Source of the DNA: Stylophora pistillata
Lineage: Eukaryota
DNA length: 64,000 nt
NCBI RefSeq assembly: GCF_002571385.2
Contig: NW_019218131.1
Location: 40,030-104,029, forward strand
Direction of reading: 5' to 3'
Below the pieces are notes generated by a model that was given only the letters and a program-made list of their open reading frames with translations, searched no databases and was not told the origin of the DNA. This document shows positions 36,501-64,000 of the stretch, one piece after another. Each line of letters opens with the position of its first letter. Position 1 is the stretch's first letter. The position numbers and the translations under genes were made by a program.

Positions 36501-39267
36501 CTAGTTTTCACTCTTTCTTCAGCTGAAAAAAAGTATTTGTAAACAACCGTAAAGCGCTAACATTTTGCATGACCACCAACTGAATACTCTGTAATGTAAC
36601 CTCTCTGTGGCAAAAGAGCTCATTAAATGTGGGTTTGCGTTTTTTGTTTAGTTGGTCCTTGTGTCTGTGATTTTTCGGTCGCTAATTCGCTTAGCTTTAA
36701 TTAACCCTTATATTTCTCCACATGAAGTGTAACACCTTACGCTCGGCAAGCATGATTATTTTGTTGTCAAATTAGTCTAGGTGCGACTTTTTTTGTAGTG
36801 CAAATACTACATTTACTAATCAACATGCTCGTCACGTGACCATGGTTATACCTTGCACGTGTAAACTTGACCATTTGCGTTTAGAGGAGATGCGAGTGTC
36901 ATGCGGGATATCCCGTTATACTTTAATTCCCTTTACGCGACTCGCCCTTATCTCGTTAAGGCTTCGGCCTTGTTGGGAAGCTTTTGTTGCCCCTTTGCAA
37001 AAGTTTACGGTCGGCATGATTATTGCGATTGAAAACTGTAAGACGCACACAAATTGTGGAAAATTCTCGTGAGTAATGGCCCACGTTGGATTTTTTTTGG
37101 AACCGAACTAAAAATACTTGTCGAGTACAGAAGATGGAAGCTTTCGGCGAAAAATGAATGAAAAAGGCGCAGGAATTCATCTACTTCCTGGTTTTAACTG
37201 TTCTGTTTGGCTTTTGCTGTCTTCTGATAAGCTCCCGCCAAAATTTATTTCTGTATGTGGATTGTGACTTTCCAAGAACTTCGGTTAGAAAAAGAAATAC
37301 AAGTGATCGTTTTGAAAAATTCTTTTTGGAAGCCAAACTATCGAGTCTCGATCTCTTGTCCTCGACCCACTCCTCTTGTGTGGCACCTTAAACATATACA
37401 GGTCCTCGGCTAAAGAAGGCGAGTGAAAGGAAACAGCTTAGGTTTTTTTCTTTCTTTGCCTGGCCCTCGCCATTTTTCGTGCGGCCGCTTTTATGCTCGT
37501 TTGCACTGACCAATAGTCTAGCACAGGCCAATCCTTCTTCGTCCGTTGCAACACGCGCTTTCGCTGGGCTCATCGCCTGCCACAAATCTTCATGCAAGCT
37601 TCTACCAACGTAAGTGTTTTCACTCTTTACCTCTCAGAGGTGATCAACTTGTAACTTCTCCCTATAGTGCTTAGACTCAACAGGTAGATGGTTATATTGA
37701 TCTAACACCAAATTCCCGTTACTAGTTTACAGAGAAGTGTGTAGCAGTTAGAGGGGAGAATTAACAATTGAAACTTGGGATTGAACAGATTAAACTGTGT
37801 ATCAAAAGGGGTCAAGCCTTTCACACTTGGAACAAACAGTACTTGCAAAGTTTGCGTGAAAGTATAATACAGTTTCAAACAAACAGGTATTAATGAGAAT
37901 TGAGAGAATAATCAACCTTTCTTAAAACTGGCCAATAAACATATGTATCTCCATCTGTTTGGAGAAATAAGCTTGCAGATCTTGAGAATGAAATCACGGG
38001 TTACCCTTTTTTGTTCCTAAGATCTCGATTGCAAAAAGTCCCGCTCTGTCTGCGAAATACATTTAGATATGTCGTTCCTAGCTGATAATAGCCCATTTCT
38101 GAATTGCCTTAAAGCCTCGTTTTCAAAGCGAGTCCTTGTGCTCATCTTCTCGTATGGTAATAAGTTTTCATTCACACGCAAATTAAACTCATATTCGTAC
38201 GTATGGTTGAGCACCAGGCCTCGTTTTGAAAGAGAGGCCAAATGTAATTCGGAAATGGCCTATTTTCTTTTTATTTCATAATTTTTTTCGGGATTCTCTT
38301 GGTCACTCCCGCTAGTGAAAAGCTCGTAAATTCCGGAGAATTGAGTTTTCTCAGAATGAACACAAGTTCCTGCCCGCGGGACACCCGAGGCAGGACTCTC
38401 GACTGATAGTGGCCGTCTTATGAATTTTTTTAAAGAAATTTTGATGTTTGATCGCCTCATGAACCCAGTCTCACCATCGTAGGTATGACGCTGAAGTTGA
38501 TGCCGGACTCAAGAAACCAGTGATTCCCTTGGCTCACTCAACTCCAATACCAAAACTTGTCATTAATGGAGTTAGTCCCGAGGAACAATCGGAAGTAGGG
38601 GAAGAACGCGACAAAGATTCTGACGTGGGAAGCGTTTATGACGGAAGTGTTTATGGCACTGAGAGCCATCGTACGGATTCCAATGACGACCTGACTAATA
38701 AGGGGCAACTGGATTTGCACTTGAAGTAAGTGACAAGTCTAGGGGTACGTTTAAAAGTTGGAGGAATTTATAATTAAGTGTCAAGAGTACTTCACGATCG
38801 TGACGGATGTTTCTTTAGTGAAATTAGTGAGTGATTTTCAATGAGCTGGATGCGACAAATAAAATCAGTGCGTTTATTGACTTCCTAGGTACAGTCATCT
38901 GAAGAACTGCCTCTCCGTCACCGTCAAAAGTGTTCGATCCCTCGTGTCTCGCGACCCGCCCAGCAAGACCAATCCATTGGTCCGCCTGTACTTGTTACCA
39001 GACCGCTCCAAACGCTCCCGGCGAGTCACCACAGTGCTGAATAGAACCTTGGAAGGAGTGTTTAACGAAACCTTTGAATACATGATTGGCCTAGATCAAC
39101 TGCGCACGATGCAGATCGATGTCGCAGTGAAAAGTGACCGTGGATTTGCGATTGGACGAGCGCGACATCGACTTATTGGAATTGCTGTGGTGGATTTGTC
39201 TAAAAAGGATCTCATTAAAGGGTGTGACGTCATTTGTGAGCTTAGAAAGTTTAGTTCGACGTTTTGA
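33507..39267 (+). CDS. ESYT: Extended synaptotagmin paralog B, 776 aa, exons 33507-35215, 38483-38725, 38889-39267
   Basis: Start GCCATGG. LPSWVYFPEKEQAEWIN SMP; GKSDPYA..IYDED C2A; C2B. GT-AG introns in phase 2/2 join to give LHLK-YSHLKNCLSVTV..NPLVRLYLLPDRSK (C2C), collinear with paralog A. Confidence 0.9.
38086..38263. mobile_element. Short TIR MITE in ESYT-B intron 1
   Basis: AATAGCCCATTTCTGAATT...AATTCGGAAATGGCCTATT inverted termini. Confidence 0.6.
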
Positions 39268-39420
39268 ATGGTCTTCGAGAAAACGAATCTTTGTTAGTAT
39301 TTGAGCAACTGCTAACCTACCCCTCCCTAAACAAACATCAACCTTAACTTGGGATTAGTTGACATTTTTGGGTAACGGGTGGGTGCGCCTTTGCTCAGTA
39401 CTGACGTCCAGCTCGATAGA

Positions 39421-39638
39421 ATAGGCCATTTTACAGTTGTGTACTTAGTTTCCAAGCCTTTGATTCGGAGTGAGGCTGAAGGTGACCTTGTTGTGATGGA
39501 GACCAGTAACTAGTTGGCACGATAACAAAGTAATTTACAGTTGAAAAGCAGCAACGTTTGTATCATAACAAAGTCAACCTTAGCCTCATTCCAGATCAAA
39601 GGCTTGGCAACCAAGCACGCGACTGTAAAATGGACTTA
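39421..39638. mobile_element. Long-TIR foldback MITE family (copies at 39421-39638, 51070-51290, 59412-59625)
   Basis: About 60-70-bp inverted arms TTTTACAGTTGTG..AAGCCTTT..GAGTGAGGCTAAGGTGACC. The 59.4-kb copy is flanked by an AT duplication. Confidence 0.75.
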
Positions 39639-41497
39639 GGCTTCAAGCGGTGTTGTGGGGCTGTCAGATATGAATTTTACGAGGATTGAAAGACTGAAGA
39701 CTCAGATTTACCTTGCCAATAAAAAAAAACCCGGTCATTCGTCTAACTGCAACAAAATGACCCTCGAGAGAAAAGTATGTTTAAGTCATTGTCAGTGAAA
39801 GAAAACGCACATTCAAAGAAAGAATAAGGGCTTAGAGCTATGACAGAGAATCTCCGTATGACTGAGGTATTTTCATTTGTTACGACGGCTGTTACTCAGC
39901 AACACACACGCTATGGTGAAATGGCTTGAGTAAGTAGTTTGGCAGAGAGAGTAACCTAACCCAAAACTTAGTCCCCTAGCATTACAAGGATTAGAAATTA
40001 AAATCTTTCGTTAGATATATTTTATGCAGAAAAAGGCTGTGTATCTATTTTAAAGGAAGTGTACCATCAAAGTAGTTTTAGTTATACGTTGGTGTTCCCA
40101 ATTCAATCATAAAGGTATTTTACTTGAAGAGATAAAAGGTACTAGAATCTCATTTTTATGGCGCTGTTAATATATATATATATACGAAATGCAACTGACG
40201 TGTGTGGAAACAGAGAAATAAATTGTTGCTTGTGTGATATGTCTTTGCGTACGCAATATAATCCTGGGCTAAATGGAAAGAGAGATTAGTCCATCTAAAA
40301 TGTTTGGAAAATTCATGCCTTTGCGTGACAAATCAATTGACAAATCGTAAAGGTTTATCTGGGTTTACTCCGAAATAGACGTCAAGAAGGCACAGGCGCA
40401 GTCCCTCTTTCATGACCTACTCTTTTCCATGAAAAAATAAAAATCTGCCAAAAAATATCCCAGTCCGGCGTGGACTTTGGGAAGCGTTCTCGTTTGGATC
40501 TCCAGGAAACATTACGCTGGGAATTCTGGGAAATGGTCACGTCGGGATCTCTGGGAAATGTTTACGTTCGCGCGCGTTATTGTCACAGGGTGCCAGAAAA
40601 TATTTCAACCAGGCGCAGCAAGGATTTCTTGTCTTTTTATTTCGGGAAATATAAAATGTATGCGTTTTCAAGCGAATTCAATGTCACAAACTTCCGATGG
40701 AAAGCTTTAATGCTCTCATGTGACAATCTTGAACAGGATAATATGGATTTCAGCCAAACGACCACAAATGCTTAATATTGAAGATAATTAAATAAAAAAA
40801 AAAATAAAAAAAAACACGACATGTTCCATCATTGAAATGAGGAATAAAGCGTTGATTTAAGAAAAAAAATCTTAAAAGTTAATTTGATAGTATGATCTTT
40901 ATCAGTAATATTGGCTCGTGTTTGTAATGCCGCTATCAAGAATTCATATCCGGGAATAGCCAATATTGAGTTGGGTCAAGATGACCGGAAGCAAGATATA
41001 GACAGTGTACAGCCATCTTCAAGAAAGAGAAAAAAGGTATCATTCTGCTGCCCTTGAAAGAAGTATCGAAGGTGCAAAATAGAATTTCATTCAGTTGATT
41101 GCATTCAGGCGAGCGTTACTTCGAGCAAGACACTAGTCTAGTCTGGGTGAAACATTTGAAAATTTGAGTGAACCCTGGGTTCTACTACAAAGTTTTCATT
41201 GAGCCCGCGACAAAAGGCAAGAGTTGCGCGGATCTCCGTGGAGCGTAAAAACAGTTCTTACCACTGGACTACGGCAAGAAATTGTAGTAGACTCAAACTT
41301 TATATCTGTGCTGTATCTGACCGCTAACTTCTTAGAACAGTTCCACCTCAGCTTCAGTTCCAACGCAGCTGCCATCAGGGATTTGCTTCTCCGAGCGATA
41401 TCTTATTTCAACACGCGGGTTTTGAGGCACACAATATATCAGCCGTAGTTTTGACAGAGTGCGACCGGCAAGCTTCTCTCGGCCATTCGAGAGTTGA

Positions 41498-58357
<16,860 letters not shown>

Positions 58358-61300
58358 CATCAAATGGACAAAAAAAAAAAAAAAGAGGCAAATTATTTAT
58401 ATTTAACTTAACACGCGTTTTATTTTTCTGTCAAATGAAGTTGTATACATTTTATTATAACCACACGAAGTGGTGATCATATAAAAAGGGCTTGTAAGGC
58501 CCAATATTGACAAAAGAGGTGGTCAGGTGAATCCTATGCGACAGTAATGAAAGGTTATCGCGTAGCGATTGATTTTTCGATTTTTGATTACTCATTTACC
58601 GAAAAAAAAAAACCCATCGTTGCGTTTTGCTCTCAATGGGGTGCAAGCTCGTAATTTTGCACAAGTTCCTTTGATTTTGCACTAAATGCTGTAACCCTTG
58701 ATCACGCAAATGAGTGTATTAAGTAATGGGAGAGGCAGTGGCTTGCTGGCAGACTGCAAAGCGAGAGGTTTGGGTTCGAGTCGTGACCAGTACTTTGGGT
58801 TGTGTTTGGTGCAAGATGCTTACCTGTTACCGAGTTTCTCCTCCACCCGCTGACACAAGTGAATGCCAGCAAGATGTCAAGGAAACGTGTCAAGTGCTGT
58901 GCGCGTGCGTGGCTTGAAATGAACAGCGTCCTTTCCAAAAGGAGAGGCAATACTTAAATTGGCCACCAAAGTCAACCGAAGCAAATTAGCGATCGGGTTC
59001 TTAAACTGCAAACATTTTAGCTTCTCATAATATTTTCGATATTGTCGCTTACTATTTCACGCTTCTTTTAGTCATTTGTAGCCCGAAGATACTGTATATA
59101 TTAGTGCTTACTCTGCTGTATATGGTTCGGAATTGCTAATGACTGTATACATGTCTGTCCTCCTGTTGATCAAACTACTTCTTAAAACTGACGTTAGTTG
59201 AACGGTGGTTCACGTCAGGAAAACATTTTAGATTAACGCTTTACACCCTTATATTTGTATTCAAATTCTCCACACTGTTTTTGTGACATTTTCTATGGGA
59301 CAGACAGGGAGAATTTGTTTGACAATCAGGAGTTTCCTTAACTGGTGATCTTTTCCTCTCTTCTCAGGACCTTGATATTTGTTTTCAAGGGTGATATTGT
59401 CAGGAGAAATAGTCCTTTTTACAGTTGTGGGCTTGGTGGCCAAGCTTTTGGACAGGAGTGAGGCTAAGGTTGACCTTGTAATGATAGAGATGCTGCTGCT
59501 TTTCAAATGCAAATTTCTTTGTTATCATGCTAACTAGGTACAGGTCTCTATCACAACAGGGTTACCCTTAGCTTCACTCCTGTTCAAAGGCTTGGCCACC
59601 AAGCCCACAACTATAAAATGGACCATTAGAAGTTAGTTATATTCTTTAGAGTTTGAGGGTTAGCAAACTGGTGAAGAAAAGAACCAACAATATAAAATAA
59701 GGATTGTATTGATACTTTATTTTTAACACTGAATTTTTTTTTAAAAGTATTGTGGATCTCTTGTAAAGTTTTTGTCGAATTCTTAGTTATTCAATTTGAT
59801 TAAACTCAAGATGAAATGCTTACACCGAGGTTAGTTTCCTATACTTAAAAATGTTAAATTAGTAATTGAGTTTATCGCATGACCCGTCCGGCCTCGCTCG
59901 CGCAATCCCACAGAAAACCACAGTAAAAGTTGACGTGTGTAGGGCCGGTCCCGGAAAAGCCGTCCGGCCCTGGTGCGCTTGTACGGCGACATTGTTCGCT
60001 GTTGTTGCAGAATCTTTACTGTGGTTTTCCTGTCAGCGCCAATCTATTGCATTCTATTTAAGTTTAAACGAACTTTTAAGAATTTCGCAAAAGTTCGCGG
60101 TCATATGATAAAGTGCTTATTGACTGAGTTTGTTCGGGCTGGACGGGAAAATATTTGGCTCTTGTTTATGACGTATGGCCTCGCCACGCTCGGTCCGCAC
60201 GTCATGAGCTCGAGCGAATTATTTTCCCGTCCGCCCCTCCCACTCAGTCATTAAGCATTTTATCATATGACCGGCGAACGAAAGTCGCTTATCAGGACAA
60301 AAGAGGGCAGCTAACTTGACACCACTTCGCTCGAAGAAAGAGGTGGTCTCTATAAAGAGATTGCAACTAGCACCTTCGTGAGATGGGTCCCAAGTCCAAA
60401 GTGAGAGTGGTATGGAAGACGCTAGTCTAAAATGGCGACCAATTTTTAAAATTTATCATCAAGAAAAAATGATCGCTATTGGAACAAAGAAAATGATTCA
60501 AAATAAATTAACTGAAAGATGTGTCTTTTGTAACCAAGTATATTGGGTAACCCCTTGTGGTTTATTTCCCTAGTTTTTATGGTTGGTGTACATAACATGG
60601 CGTCTTCTATCACACAAATGCTGTGCTGTTTTTAAATCCTCGATTGAAACAGCACTTCGCCAAGTGAAACTTTGGGAGACTGTCAACTAAAAAATACTTT
60701 CTTACAGGTGGTCCGAATTTCTTCTGAAGTTGAATTTTGAAAAGTTTCAATGTTCATCCGCCATTGTGAAAAAGGGTCTTCCAGTGTGTAATGTAGTACA
60801 CACTTGGGGTCAGTAGAATTGCTGAATGAAGTCACGAGTGATTCCCTTGTCCTTCGATCGTTGTTTGTCTTATTATATTACGTTGAATTTTTTTACCACA
60901 AGTAGTTCCTCGTTTTCGACGCAGTCCGTCTCAAGAGTCAACAACAACAAAAAAAAAACCCTTTAAATTGATGTTAGTGGGACGCATAGTACTCTAAAGG
61001 TATAAGTCACGCCGTGCAACTCACTCCCAGAGTTCCGCGCGTTCGTACGACGAACTTGTTCCAAGAAGGAGGAACGGCTCGTAGTCCACATGAAATAATG
61101 AGGAATCATTTTGTTTTATTGAATGATGTTGATATTTTCAGCGAAATAATTATAACACTGGTATCAATGGTGTGCCAGTCTTTTGTTTCGTGCGGAGTCC
61201 CATCCACCCACCATAAATGTACCTTCGAACGGAGAACAGACTCGTGGGCAAAAATAAGTTGTCTCTTCGCTTATGAGCTACGAGTTGAAGCTTGGTTGAA

Positions 61301-62777
61301 GTAATGAAAATCATGAAAAATAAACAAGTTTTTTTTAATATGCACGTTTTGAAATTGAAGTAAACAAGCGTCAAGACAGAATAGGTAAATTTTTAAAAAG
61401 TTTTTCGAAAGTAAGTCTCGTTGGGTAAACAACTTCTGATCAGCAAAGGACTTAACCATGTAACTTCTAATGTAGGAGGTCGTCAAAAATCGATAAATAT
61501 TTTTGATAATTGTCATTCTTTACGCTACGATTATTAGTACATATTTTTATCGTTTGTTTAAAAACTTTATTTACAAAGAGATGTGATGAATATTTTTCTG
61601 TTGGTTAATTAAATAACCTATATATGAACAAAACACTTTGGATTGCTTTTGTTAACAAGTTCAGCCCTCAAAAAAATATCAAAATTAATTACAGTCCTTG
61701 GAATTGTTCAGCAATTTTAAACTGATGGTCTTAAATACTAACGAAAAGATGGTAATGCTAAAAACAAATTAATGATAACCAACTTCAATTTTGTGAAAAA
61801 TGCCTTTTCTTATAAGGAAATTTTGGTGATGTTTCCTTCTAAAAATGACAAGTGTTTTTCGAGGATGATAAGTGTTGGATGTACATAAGTAAAGCCTTCA
61901 TAATTTTTAGAAACGATTTCTCACAGAATATTTTCACCTGTCCTTCATAAGCTTTTCTCTCGGACTTATTTACACAGCTGCCGTAATGCGTTGAAAATAT
62001 ATTTGACGACATTATATTGAAATTAAATTTCACAACAAGAAAAATTGAGAAACAAAGATTTCTTGCGTTTTATCTGTCAGTTCAAATCGATTACGGTTCT
62101 CACAACCCTAAATTTTCCAATCTATCAAACAGAATGACGAAAGGATTGTACTGACCTTTTATGCTCACTTGCATAATTAAAACAGGAAGTTTTAAATTAG
62201 TAATGCGCTATGTGTATCAAGTATGTCCACAAAGAAATGAGAAGATATTTTGTCAATGCTGTTATTGGTTCGTCACAGACACCTGCTAACTTTAGAGTCT
62301 TTTAATCCATCCGTAGGTGATAACAGTCAACTCATGCAATATTTGTGGTATATCTGAGATATCAATATAGAAATTCAGTCGCTTTCGGTAAAGAATGGAG
62401 TTTGGTGCGCTTTTCATGTTGTTAGCTTCGACTGTAGTGATGACTTATTGGACATTTGGTATCGGTGAGTTGCAAACTGCAAATCATTTTCAATCTTAAA
62501 TTTATCCTCCTTTCTTTGTCCAACGCTCGTGACAGGGGAAAGAAGATATCTTACTTTAGTGTATTCTAAAACAGTGGATGGCCTTGAAGGCGCGCTCTGA
62601 TTCGCCACTCAAACTCCGAATATCCTTTACTATTCACCTCCGAGCAACTTGCGCCCAAAAATATTGCAATATTTGCAGGAATAAATGAGTTAAAATCATC
62701 CTTTTTCGCAGCTCGTTAATATCCACCACTTGCCACCTCCACCTCGGTGATTGAATTGTTTGTTTTTTTATTTTTAG

Positions 62778-63748
62778 AGAGAGATCGCACAATGTTGTTT
62801 CCAGATTACTATTTCTTTTCTGAAAGACGTTTGGTAAATCATACGATCGGAACAAAACACGTCAAGAACTTTGATGATTGTGAGCTTTTGTGCTACTTGC
62901 ACGACAACTGTGTCAGTGCTAACTTCAAAAAATATCCGGAGAAAGGTGGAATAGCTTATGTCTGTGAACTGAACAACGCCACTCATCTAGAGCACGAGAG
63001 AGACCTAGTTACCGACAACGTTTTCTACTACCGTGGTTCGAAGGTGGGTGCAAATCAAATTTACTTCACTAGTGGGAATGAATAACTACGGACCTTCAGC
63101 AGTGAGCTGGGCCCAGTCGTAAAAATGGCGGATAACGCTATTCAACGGATAAATCGCTTCCGACGGATAAATTGTTAACCAGTGAATAAGTGATAGCAAA
63201 ACATATAGCGTTGTCGTGTTATCCGACCTTCGAACAAATGAGCCCTGGACAGCAACACCGAGGAAGACGTCAATTAAAAATTGAATTTATATTTTCATTC
63301 AGACTTCCGCGAATGGCTATGTGTTTGTCGTTTCTTATGGTGCAACGCCTCAACATTAGCATTACGGATACTGTATGAGCAGCTTTGGGTTCTAAATGGA
63401 AACTTGACTCATGATTTCATGTCGGGGTTTACATTTTCAGACCACGTAAATTTTGGTGATTTCACTTGTTTGTTCTGCAGAGGACGGCTAAGAATTGTAC
63501 CAAGTTTTAAAATACACGTGCGGAGCTATTGTTCTGGTAATTAGATCTTTTGTTTTGGCACGTCGTTACCGTCGCCCTTTCTCTTTCGTTCATTTGTTTT
63601 ACTTTTAAAAATCTCTGACTTCTTCTTCAGAACGCCTGCGGCAAAAATTCTCTGTGCCAAAATAACGCAGCCTGTCAGTCTGGTTTCACATTCAAGGGAT
63701 ATCGATGTTCGTGCCCTGCTGGATTCGAGGGCGAATATTGCGAAAATG
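62778..63748 (+). CDS. Partial PAN/Apple + EGF-domain gene (internal exons 62778-63043 and 63631-63748)
   Basis: RRLVNHTI..DCELLCYLHDNCVSANF..CELNNATH (PAN-like) spliced in phase 0 to NACGKNSLCQNNAACQSGFTFKGYRCSCPAGFEGEYCEN (EGF). Canonical AG/GT. First exon not identified; the gene probably continues beyond the window. Confidence 0.75.
63110..63245. mobile_element. Harbinger-like MITE, apparently nested in another repeat, in the PAN-EGF intron
   Basis: CTG-GGCCCAGTCGT..GGATAAC / GTTATCC..GAACAAATGAGCC-CTG, with a CTG duplication. Confidence 0.5.
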
Positions 63749-64000
63749 GTACGAGTTCCTGCTTTTGTTCTTGTTGTTTTATGTGTGTGTGTTCTTCCCT
63801 TTTTGTATAGGTAATTACATGATTTCGAGTGCAATTTGGAATAAATAAGTACAGGTAAATTTTTTCAAAGAGTAACAAAATTGCACGAGCCCGTACGGCG
63901 TGTGATTTTAAATTAATAAGGCCATCCCCTTCTTTTTTATGTTTAGCGTCGTCTGACCGACGCAGATTTTTGTGTTTTCGAAAAAATAAAGTTATATTTG

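Overview
Eukaryotic, AT-rich, repeat-dense animal DNA. The repeat families and the PAN/Apple-EGF gene suggest a stony coral or other anthozoan, but this is inference. Protein genes are: an intronless NAT8/camello-like GNAT (-); an intronless secreted vanin/biotinidase-type nitrilase (-); two head-to-head extended-synaptotagmin paralogs (one with an intronless CDS, one with 3 coding exons); a complete 21-exon PHTF gene (612 aa, assembled by hand); and two exons of a PAN/Apple-EGF gene at the right edge. Mobile DNA includes a decayed Helitron/Helentron Rep-helicase, an ISL2EU-like THAP/YqaJ/Ulp1 remnant next to the vanin promoter, an L2-type LINE tail, many MITEs, and short Penelope-type retroelements with minimal hammerhead ribozymes. 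The most striking structure is a 247-bp unit with a 73-nt tRNA-like core. It occurs as a 2.5-kb head-to-head tandem palindrome (4+6 copies) and as a circularly permuted inverted dimer with a 12-bp TSD, suggesting a retrozyme-like element that may use a tRNA mimic instead of a ribozyme. Also notable are a 14-fold tandem array of a PHTF splice donor and flip/flop hairpin-loop isomers between two copies of a foldback element.
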